Source of the DNA: the human T2T-CHM13v2.0 reference genome, Homo sapiens
DNA length: 64,000 bases
Assembly: GCF_009914755.1 (NCBI RefSeq)
Contig: NC_060938.1
Reading direction: 5' to 3' (one strand)
Program-made: the position numbers and the translations under genes
Notes under the pieces: generated by a model
Databases searched by the model: none
Seen by the model: the letters and a program-made list of their open reading frames with translations, nothing else
Told to the model about the DNA's origin: nothing
In this document: piece after piece, positions 12,512 through 22,842 of the stretch
Numbering within the stretch: the stretch's first letter is position 1
Layout of the letters: each line of letters begins with the position of its first letter

Positions 12512-12675
12512 GGCAGTGACCTGGGCCTGGTGGACTTTAACGGCCAAACCCCACTGCACGCGGCCGCCCGGGGAGGCCACACAGAGGCAGTCACCATGCT
12601 GCTGCAGAGAGGTGTGGACGTGAACACCCGGGACACGGATGGCTTCAGCCCGCTGCTGCTGGCCGTGCGGGGCAG
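12512..12675 (+). CDS. ASPG: ASPG coding exon (probably 12), ankyrin repeats
   Basis: ctccag|GGC...AG|gtaatg; 164 nt, [54 protein letters not shown] (ankyrin TPLH motif). Confidence 0.97.
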
Positions 12676-14558
12676 GTAATGGGGCTAGGGCTGCACAGAG
12701 CTGCCTTGGACAGGTGGGCGCAGAGAGGCTGTGGGCTCCTGCACTCAAACAGCCTCCCGGGGCTGGGCTGGGAGAGGTGGAGGACACCTGCTTCCTAAAG
12801 GCTGCCCCCGCAGCCCGGGGCCCAGTAAGACCCCGGCCCAGAGTTCCTAGAAAACAAAAATGTTGTGGACAAAGCTGGGAGGACACGGTGCATCTCTGTG
12901 CACCTGTGGGTATGGGGGGCTGGGGTGGAGGTGGGGCAGAAGGTCCTGGCCCAGCAGCCAGACGCGGTCAATAAAAAGCAGGCTACGTGGCAGCAGATCT
13001 GGGGCTGTGACAGGCAACTCGGGCCCTGGAGGACAGGCCCAGCCTGTGCGTGTGGGGGTCCCCTGCCCCACCAAGCAAGCCCTGGCTGGTGTCTCTTCCC
13101 AAAGTCCAGAGCAGCAGCAGAGACGGAGTGTGTGCCTGTGCCCCTGCGTGGGGGGCGGGGCCAGCACTGGTGGGATCTGCGTCCCGTCTCCCCTTCCTAC
13201 TCTTTATTGCCCCAGCCTGGGAAGGCCAACGACCTGTCTGCTGGTGCCGCTGCCCGGACCCATGGGCTGCTCAGAGATCCCAGGGCCCCTGGGGATTCCT
13301 CCCTGTGGGTGGGAGGACTTGGCCTGCAGGACCCTGGGTTCTTTTCGGGGAGGGAGTGCTCAGGAGTCCCATGGAGAGAAGGCCGGGGTGTCTGAGCCTG
13401 GGGTCATGTGACCCTGACGTGTTCAGTTGTGGGTTCCCCTCCCCAGCGGTGAAGCGGTGAGCCCTGGGGTGGGGTGTGGCACCTTTTGTGAAGTGGGTGA
13501 CTGGGGTAGAAGGTTCTTTCCAGCCTCCTGTGATCATTGACAGGGTGCTCAAAAGAATAGGAGAGAACAGGGTGGTGGACAGGAGGGGGCGGGGCTGTGA
13601 GGGTCCCCCCGAGCAGGGCTGGGGTGATCCGGACTGGAGCTTCTAGACTGGGCGTCCTTGGGTGTGGGTGGGTGGCGCGGAGACGAGCTCACACAGTCCC
13701 GCCCCCTCGTCTCCTCCTGACTCACAGGACCAGGCTCACAGCACGCCCCCAACCGGTCTCCCAGCCTCGCTCCGCTGCCAGGCTCCCTGAGGCCGCCTGC
13801 CTGGCCCTGCTGTGCCTGAGTGGGGTATGGGGAGGCCACTGCCTCATACCTATTCCCAGGCTCCCTAAATGGGGTGATGGGGGGATCTGTGGTGCTTTGC
13901 AGGGGTGGGGGCACGGCCAGCGATTATGGCACAGTCTTTAGGTCACCCTGTACAATGGGCTGTGTGGCCTCCGGCCTCGGGCCTTTGTGCCTCTGCTCCT
14001 CCTTGCTAGAGCCCCGACCCCACCCCCACAGACTCCACTGTCCGGGTGCCCTGCCCCCACTCCTACCCAAGGGCAGTCGGCCGGATTGATTCAGTGTCCC
14101 CTGCGCCTGGCTGAGGAGGTCACCACGGGGTGTGATCAGCGTTTGGGTGTGCAGTGGGGCCGGTCAGCTCATGTAAGGCTGTCCTCTGAAATGGGCTGTC
14201 CCCTTGGAATGGGTTGGGGAGACTGCCCTGGGAGGAGCTATTCTGCTAGCACCAACTAATGCCCTCCCCTGGGTGCTGGGTGCGGGGCTGCCACAGAGTT
14301 GACCCCACCCCTTGCAGACCTCAGCTGCCCTAAGAAGGAGTACTGGACAAATGGAGGTGGTGGGATCCCGGGATGATGTCACATGGGCCTAGGCAGAGGA
14401 TGGGGGGATGGGCCCTTGTCTGAGGCTAGGGCTGTGGGGTCTTGGGCCGGCCGGTCCCTGTCCCTGTGCACAGGACATGAGCTCTGCTGGCTCCTGAGTG
14501 AGGTGCAGCGGGGCTGGGCTGGCGAGGGCAGAAGGTCAGCATGCTCATTCTCACACAG

Positions 14559-14645
14559 GCATCCGGGTGTCATTGGGTTGCTGCGGGAAGCCGGGGCCTC
14601 CCTGTCCACCCAGGAGCTGGAGGAAGCAGGGACGGAGCTGTGCAG
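14559..14645 (+). CDS. ASPG: ASPG coding exon (probably 13)
   Basis: acacag|G...AG|gtgagt; 87 nt, phase 2/2, HPGVIGLLREAGASLSTQELEEAGTELC. Confidence 0.95.
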
Positions 14646-14884
14646 GTGAGTGCAGCTAGAGCACCTGCTCTTCCAGGGATGTGGGGGACACAGCTTGGGG
14701 AAGCGAAGCCAGACCTGCTGGGAGGGACAAGTGAGTCAGGGTGTGGGGGCTTTCAGAGGCGAGGCCCGCTGACCTCAGTGTGCACCAACCTGGCTGATGG
14801 GAAGAGGTGTCTACCCTGGACCATGTCATGGGGCAGGGGAAGGAGTTGTTCTCAGCTGAGCAAACAGTCCAGCAAGGGTGTCTC

Positions 14885-14945
14885 TGTGTGCACATGTGTG
14901 CATGTGTGTATGCATGTGTGTGGGTGCGTGTGTGTGTGTGGTGGG
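14885..14945. repeat. Degenerate (TG)n tract
   Basis: Alternating purine-pyrimidine TG/CA run. Confidence 0.8.
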
Positions 14946-16447
14946 CTTGAGGAGGGGTATGGGAATTGGTTGTCGGGTGTGAGAGGGGCTGGGGTGTGGA
15001 CTGGGGGGTGGCTGGGGCTGCATTTGGGGAGGTTGGGGCAGGTGGGGCACAGAGGAGCTGAAGCCCCTGGCAGGTGACAGGTCTCGTGAGCTCTGTTCTC
15101 CCCAGCGTGGTTCCTGTCCTGGGATAAACTGACCTAGGCCCCGCCTCCACCTGCTGGCCGCATGGCACCAGTGGCCAGTGTGCCTTCCGATCTCATGCTG
15201 CCGAGTGACCACCGAGGCAGGCTCAGGCCTTCTGACATCATGTTGTTGTTGGGGAGACTGAGGCGCAGGGAGGCCTTCGGCGAGGGTGTCGGTTGTGGGT
15301 GGAGGTGGGCCAGGGATGCAGGGATCCTCCTCTGTCCGCCACAGCCAGAATCGCTGCCCCCCACCCCATGCCTTGTGCCTGGTGACTTGGCGCTGCCTCC
15401 TGTGCCCAGCCTGGGCTGCCCGAGGCCAGGACGACTCCGAGGGACCCAAAAAGGAGAGTCGGAGGCAGGAGACCTGGGCCGGGTGCAGGTGGTGGCTGGG
15501 GTGGGGGTGCTGTGAGTGGTGGGGTCTGTGCGCCTGTAAGTCCAGAGTCCCAGGCTTGGGGAGTGGGTGATGGCGGGGGCTCGGCTCACTGGCTGGGAGG
15601 GGGTGGGTGCAGGCGCCTGCCCAGCAGGAGGAGGACTAGCAGCTCTGGCTTCTCCTCTGGGACCGGCCCACAACCCCTGGTCTTGCTTTTGAAGGGACTT
15701 CCGGGGTGACTTGGTCAAGATTTGCACTCCAGACAGGCCTTGCTGGCTCCATTGACAGATGGGGAAACTGAGGCAGTAGTCAGGTCCTGTGGGAGCTGGG
15801 ACCAGAACCCTGGTCCAGGACTCTGCTTGGAAGTGGCCTGGCCAGCCTGAGCTGCTGGCTGGACTTGAGCCCCTCGGCTAGGCCTTCCTAGGGGCCGGTG
15901 TGTGTGTGGGGCTTGGCCTCTTGGAGCAGGTCCAGGAGGGGCCAGTGAGGCCATCCAGCAGATTCGCTGCAGAGATTACCCAGTGCCACTGCAGGGCTGC
16001 TGCTGTTTCCTGGGTAGGCGCAGAGTCCCTAAGGGCCCTCCAGAGGAGGGGGCAGCCCCTTCCTCACCAGGCCACTTCCCCCAGCCCCTGCACACCATGG
16101 GTGGGTGGAGCCTTCCCTGCCGGATCCCCACCTGGCCTGCTCCTGGCCTCCCCAGGTGGCGAGTGAGTTCTTCCCAGGAGGGTGGCAGGGTGAGGAGGAG
16201 CTGGTGAGGGCCTGGCAGGTGCTCCCCACTCCAGGGCAGGTGGGCCCAGACCCCTGTCCCAGCCAGGACCCCCCCATGCAGTCTGCCGGGGTCCAGGGCC
16301 AACCGTTATCCTGGGTTGCCTCCTGTGTCCCCCTCTCTGAACCACTGGGCTGCCTCAAACTTTCCTTCCACCTTTGCGGACCCCGCCCCGGGAAGAGCGG
16401 TGTGTTGTGTAACACGAAACTGGCGTGGGCTGCTCGGCAGGTGGGCG

Positions 16448-16613
16448 TGCATATGTGTGTGCAAAGGCGCATGTGCTCATGTGTGTGTGCACATATGCTC
16501 GTGTGTGTGTGCATGTGTAGGTGTGTGCTTGTGTGCTCCTGTGTGTGTACATGTATGCTGCTGTGTATGCTGCTGTGTGTGCATGTGTGTTCATGTATGT
16601 TTGCGCATGTGTA
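16448..16613. repeat. Degenerate (TG)n/(TGCA)n tract
   Basis: About 165 nt of interrupted TG repeats. Confidence 0.85.
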
Positions 16614-16829
16614 CCCGACTTGAGTCGCAGTCCCACCCACTGGGTGAAACCAGGCTCCAGGCTGCCCGATGGCCCCCAGTGACTCCTGCCCCAGGACCAG
16701 GTCGCTGCTGGGTCAGCTGTTTGGGGCTGGCTTTGTAAGAGCGTCCAGGCCACCTGGGGGACAGGCACGTGGGCAGATGGACAGGTGCCCAGCAGGCCCC
16801 AACAACTCCTCCTCTGCCCCCACCCCCAG

Positions 16830-16929
16830 GCTGGCATACAGGGCCGACCTCGAAGGCCTGCAGGTGTGGTGGCAGGCAGGGGCTGACCTGGGGCAGCCGG
16901 GCTATGACGGGCACAGCGCCCTGCACGTC
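16830..16929 (+). CDS. ASPG: ASPG coding exon (probably 14), ankyrin repeat
   Basis: ccccag|G...GTC|gtgagt; 100 nt, [33 protein letters not shown]. Confidence 0.95.
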
Positions 16930-17247
16930 GTGAGTGCCCCCACCCCCTGCACCCTCTCCAAAGGCTGCCACCTCCAGGAAGGACACCTGGACAATTCACC
17001 AGCTCACTGCTCTGCCCCTCCCCGCTCTGCCCCTCCCCCAAATGCCTGGCCCTCCCCATGCAGGACCCGCACAGACTGGGTCCCCTTCCCGGGGCTCTGA
17101 GTGGTGGGGGTGACGAGAGTGGAGGAGCTGCTGGGGCCCTGTGTGTGTGGGCTGGGGACAGGGGAGGGCATCCTGGGGATGGGGATCCTTGGGCCAGGCT
17201 GCTAGTCAGTGGCCCCAAGGCAGCCCCTCCCCACTGCTTCCCCATAG

Positions 17248-17328
17248 GCAGAGGCAGCCGGGAACCTGGCAGTGGTGGCCTTTCTACAGAGCCTGGAGGG
17301 TGCGGTTGGTGCCCAGGCCCCATGCCCA
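17248..17328 (+). CDS. ASPG: ASPG coding exon (probably 15)
   Basis: ccatag|GCA...CCA|gtaagt; 81 nt, AEAAGNLAVVAFLQSLEGAVGAQAPCP. Confidence 0.93.
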
Positions 17329-17851
17329 GTAAGTCCCCACCCCAGGCGGGGCTGACACCCCCCAGTGAGCTTCTAGTGCAGGGCTGGATCCTGGCTCGGG
17401 GGGGCGTAATCAAGGGGAACAGAACCGGAGGAGGCTGAGATGGGTCCCAGCCAGTTTAGGGTCTGCAGAGCCCCTCCTGGGGATGTCCAGGGTGGAACAC
17501 AGTTTAGAGGTGAGGAGAAGGAGAAAGGAGCAGTCAGGGAGGGCTTCCTGAAGGAACTGACCAGACTTGAGCACTGAGGGCCCAGCCAGGGCTCAGCATC
17601 CCCTTACCCACCCCTGCCCCTGCGCCCTGCCCCACCGGGACCCCCTAGGCTGGGTGCTTCCGCTTGTCTCCCAGGCCAGTTCCCAGCTGACACCCCCATT
17701 CCCACTTGGTTGTGTGGCCCTCCCATAGTCTCAAGCTGGGTTTGCTCAGGCTCTTGGGCTGTGCCGTACAGACGGGGTGCCTGGGCTTGTCTCTCTGCCC
17801 TGCCTTCGCACTCTACCTGGGTGTCCTTCTCAGGAGCCCTCATGTTTTCAG

Positions 17852-17872
17852 GAAGTGCTGCCTGGTGTCTAA
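17852..17872 (+). CDS. ASPG: ASPG last coding exon (EVLPGV-stop)
   Basis: tttcag|GAA GTG CTG CCT GGT GTC TAA; AATAAA ~140 nt downstream; the in-window exons sum to 472 codons. Confidence 0.88.
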   Translation, partial: EVLPGV

Positions 17873-18013
17873 CCTGAAGGCGTCCTGCTGCAGTATAAGC
17901 CATTCCTTCCTCCCATGACCTGCTGGAGGGGTCTCAGGCATGACCCCACTGCTGGGGCTGCTTCCCAGCCTGCTCTCATGTAAAGCCTGAAGGCCTTTGT
18001 TGGGCAGGACGGC

Positions 18014-18019
18014 AATAAA
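18014..18019 (+). terminator. ASPG: Proximal ASPG polyadenylation signal
   Basis: AATAAA after the stop codon, TGTA upstream at ~17979, GT-rich sequence downstream. Confidence 0.75.
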
Positions 18020-20770
18020 GTCTCTGACATCCCCTCACCAGGTCTGTACAGCCTGGCTCTGAGAGGCTCTGTCTGGGTCCGGGACTGTGGATGTGTGTGG
18101 GGAGTCAGGCCCAGGCTCTGTGGGGTCTCTGCGGGGGTCACTTGGCCCATCCTTCCGGGGGCAGCTGTGCGTGTGAGCTGGGCAGGGTGGGGTGCATGGA
18201 GGTGACTTGGCCAAGTGGTCCTTTCCCAGCTGCCCCTCCCCCTTCCTGCCACCCTGCCTTTGCCCAGGCTGGTCCCTCCTCCAGACACCCTCTGCCCATC
18301 TCCTTACCTCCTGCGCCTTCATTCTGGAGCTTGAAGTCCCCTCCCCCAGGCAGCCCTCCAACCCCTGGATGAGCATGCTGCCCCTGCTTAACTCTTTAGT
18401 CCTCACAGTCCCGTCCCAGTTGCTGTCTGGTTTTCTGTCACCCCAGTATCGCTGCACCCGGCCCCCCTCTCAGGCCAGGGCCACACCAGGGCTCCATAGG
18501 GCTGCGGAAGCCTGTGAGTGTCAAGGGGGCTTCACACTCTGGTGGTGAGCCCCTGGGGACCATTCCAGCCCCTGCTCTGCCTGAAGCTCCTGATGCAGCC
18601 TCCACCGTGAGCCAGGCCACCCTGTAAGGGAAGAGGTGAGCTGTGCCTGCCTGGTTGCACAGCCTGGGCAGGTGGGCGGGTGGGGCGGGCCCTGCTGCTG
18701 CCCGGTGGGGGTGGTGCTCCAAGGCCAAGGGCAGCCTCGTGCCTTCTTTCAGCTGGGGCTGAAATCGGGGGTGTGGACCCCTGGCCCCCATCATGTGTGC
18801 ATGCACTGGCCTGGGATGGCCAGGGACTCCCTGCTGCTGCCCCCAGCCCCTGACCCCTTCTTGCTGGGTGTGAGGAGCATGGGGGCTGCCTCCCTCCAGG
18901 CCTCTCTACCTGCCCAGGTGACGGTTCCTTTTGTCCCTCTGTTTGGCTGGCCTCTGGACTGGAGCCCCAGGAGGGCAAAAGCATGACCCCAGAGCTGGCC
19001 CTTGGCACCTGGGCATACCCCAGGCTCCTCAGCCTGGTTCCCAAGCCTGGCTGGTACTGCCGCTGGCATCCTTGCTGTCCTCACCCCGACACAGGTGTGC
19101 CTGGGCCTTGCACAACAAGGTGACGCCATGCGAGCGTGGCAGGGCCGGGGAAGCCTTTGCTCCTCACCCTGGTGAGGCCCATGAGGGGCTGCAGGTGGAG
19201 GGAGGGTGGCACCGGGCCCCAGAGCCAGGAGCCCCTGCTGTCCCCGGATGGCCGAGACCCTTGGAGGGCCTTGGGAGAGGCGGTGGGGCATCTGGACAAA
19301 TGCCTGGTGCAGGTGAGAAGGGGTGGGACTACCTCCGGCATCCCTGGGCTGAGCCCACCTGGTCTCCCCGGTTGCTCCTGCACACGGCAGTGCCCACCTG
19401 CTTCCCTCAGCTCCTGAGGGGCTGGGCAGAGCCTGTTGCTCACGCCACCCCACTCAGTGCTGCTCCGGGTTGTGAAAGCTGCAGGTGGCTCACGTTAGCC
19501 CACATGGCAGCACCCTCCCAGAGCAGGTGCCAACCTGCCAGTGTAGACACACCGACTGATGCCGGGGGTGAGTGTCCTGTAGTGTAGAAACGCCCACTCA
19601 TCCTGCTTGTCCCGCAGAGAGCATTTGTCAAGCTGGCCTTTCTCCAACTGGGTCACTGATGGAGTTCGGCAGAGACGGCTTGGGGGCCACGGGCTGGGCA
19701 GATGGGGAGAGCTCCTCACAAGGCTGGGCAGCCAGACCCCCATTGTCAGTCCCCTCCAAACCCTCGTGGGATGTAGGGCCCTACCACAGGGAGCCCCGGG
19801 ACTGGGCCAGTGTCTCAGGAGGCTGTGAAGAGTCATAGGCTTGAGTCTGGGAGCTTTCTCGGGGGCCGTTTTGTGCCCCTTGGGGAGAGGCCAGAGGGGC
19901 CCTGGGTAAGGGGACTCCTCTAGAATCACCCAGAAGTGGCAGGAGGTGCAGGGCCACTGCTCGGGGCTCCCTGGGCTCTGAGCTGGGCAGTGACCTGGCC
20001 CCAAGGCCTCTGGCTCTCTGGCGTGCAGTGGGAACAGCCGGGACAGACAGGCTTGGAGCGTTCGTGTCCTGCGCCGCGTTGGTGTGTTTCGTCCCCACTG
20101 TGCCTGTAGGAGGGCACCGGGTCCCCGTCTATCCTACTTCATGGCTGAGGAAGCTAAGGCACAGAGTGGCCCCGTCCTGCGCCCAGGGCTCTGCGTTGGC
20201 ACAGGGCAGAGCTGGGCTGTGAATCAGGGCCGCCTTGTCTCTTGCTGTGGTGTGAGGCTGTGGGAGACTCAGGAATGAGGCACAGCCAGGTGCCCAGTGC
20301 CCGTGGGACCCGCCTCCCCACAGTGGGGTGGCGCCGCTCACACCTGGTAATTTCACGCTGGGGGAGGCCTTGGTTCCTATAGCCCATCTCGAATCACCTG
20401 GATCCCAGGGCTATCTCTGGGGAACATCTCCTCTCCATCACGACTACTGTCTTTTTCACCAGCATTTTCTATCCTAAAATCAGACTCCTCAGCTGAGGGC
20501 CCTCCAGGACCGCCCTTCCCCAGCTGGAGGTAACCAGATTTCTCGTGTATGCTAGGAAGTTCCCCTTCTGGTCACACCTCAATATTTCCTGCTGCTGGTG
20601 GGAACTGCAGGTGCTTGTACTTGTCACCTTCTCCCCGTCCTCTCTCGTCAGTTCCCTTGGATGCTGGACACGGGAGCCACCTGGGCGAGGGGAGCCCATC
20701 CAAGTGGCTGTGCGTCGGGAAGAGTCTGCCCAGGACTGGGCTAGACCAGAACTTAGAATTAAGGAGTGGT

Positions 20771-21157
<387 letters not shown>

Positions 21158-22732
21158 CTATGCCCACTTCCATCCCCACCCCCATGCCGCAGCCCCTCGG
21201 ACTCCACACCCAGGCACTGAGACCCACAGATGCAGCGATGGCAAGGCCTGTCATCCCTTCTCTACCACCAAGAGCTGTGCAATCCCCAGAAGTCACTGTC
21301 CCTCCCTGAGCCTCAGTTTCCCCAACTGCAAAATGAAAATAACAAAACCTTTCTGATTCCCTTTCCAGGGTGGCTGTGGTGGTTGAGCCACACGCGGCCC
21401 ATGTGGAAATGTCTGGGGGGTCCCTCAGATCTGGTGGCTGTGTTCTGGTCTGGGGCTCACCTTGGCTCCTGAGCACTTGGCTCCTGGCTGGCTGGGCGGG
21501 TGGTGGGATGGCGTGTCACCGCCCTGCACTGGAATGAATGGTCACCACCCTGCTGCCCAACCCCATACAGACACACTAATGGCTCCAGACTTGGGGCAAG
21601 TGCTGAAGGGGGCTCTAGGGTATTTCCTAGAGCCTGAGCCCTCCCCTCAGCTGCCATGTTCTGCTGAAGCAGAGTCCCTGGGAGGCGCCACTGGTCAGGC
21701 CTGGACACCTCCAGGTGACTAAGTGGGTAGGACCGGCAGGGCCAGCTGCGCCAGGACGTTCGGGGCTGGGCTGTGAGTGGGGGGAGCGAGGCTCAGGCCC
21801 TTGCTGCGTGAGGGGGTAGGGCGTCCCTCCCCCCGCGTGGGAAATGAGGAGGCAGGTACGGGGCTACCCCTGTGGGCTGCGGGGTGGGGGTTCAGGGTCT
21901 GAGAAGCAGAAACCTCCCTCCCTCCAGTTTCACTTTCTCTTTACCCCTCCCCTTCCCCCTCCCACGAAGTTCCCTTTGAAGTGAGAGGGGCTGGGGTGGG
22001 TGTGTCCAGCCCAGCCCCCACACCCACCGGAGAGCTAGCGCGGCCCTGGGCTCCTGTCGGGCGCTGGTCCTCACCTGTTCCGGCCACCCTGGGCCTCGAC
22101 CCGGCCAAGGTGGAGCCCCGGGCCCTCCGTGCGCCCGAGCACCCCCGGCCCAGACGAGACGGTTCGGGCGTGGCCCGGCGGGGACCCAGAACCCGGGAGG
22201 CCAGGTGCGCCCAGGCCAGGCGCTGGAGGCTGGGGCGCCGGATGGGGCGGGGCGGCCGCTGAGTCAGGGCCACCCCCGCGCGGGCGCGCGGAGCAGGTCC
22301 CCGGGCCGTGGAGGATCAGTCGCGGGACCTATGGGCCCGGGAGCCGCCCCGCCCGGAAAAACCGGTCGGGCCAGCGCGGCGCGGGCACATTCCGGCGCCG
22401 GGAAGGGCGGCTGCGCCGCATAAAAGGCGCCGCCGCGCTGGCCACCGCCGCTCGGAGCTCAGCCGCCCTGCCACGCGGGGCCCGCGGGACGAGGGGACGC
22501 CGGGGCCAGCGAGGACGCGGCGGGGCTGGGCTTGGCGGCTGGGATCCCCCAGCGCCAGGCGAGGGCGTCTAAGGCGTCCGGTACGGCGTCGGGGCCGGGT
22601 GGCTGCAGCAGGGCAGGGGGTGCGCGACCAGCGGGGATCTGGGCGCAGGGGCCGGTCCCCGGGATCCGCAGGCGACGCGGGCGGTCCCAAGGGCGTCGGG
22701 GGCTCCTCTCTCCGCAGCTCGGCGAACCGACG

Positions 22733-22842
22733 GTGTTGGGGACTCGCGCGCTGGGTCCAGTGGTTCTTAACAGTTCAACAGTTCTGTAGCGCAATTGTGA
22801 AATGTTTAGGACCACTAGACCCGGCGGGCGCGGCGACAGCGA
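22733..22842 (+). ncRNA. MIR203A: pre-miR-203a (5p arm 22759-22783; 3p arm 22797-22818)
   Basis: Contains mature GTGAAATGTTTAGGACCACTAG and the complementary arm AGTGGTTCTTAACAGTTCAACAGTT; CNNC motif (CGAC) 16 nt after the 3p end. Confidence 0.98.
22746..22831 (-). ncRNA. MIR203B: pre-miR-203b, antisense hairpin of the same locus
   Basis: The reverse complement also forms a hairpin; matches the remembered mirror miRNA annotation. Confidence 0.85.

Noticed and set aside
16029-17413. His/Thr-rich and Cys/Val-rich ORFs
   Set aside because: Translation of a degenerate (TG)n tract
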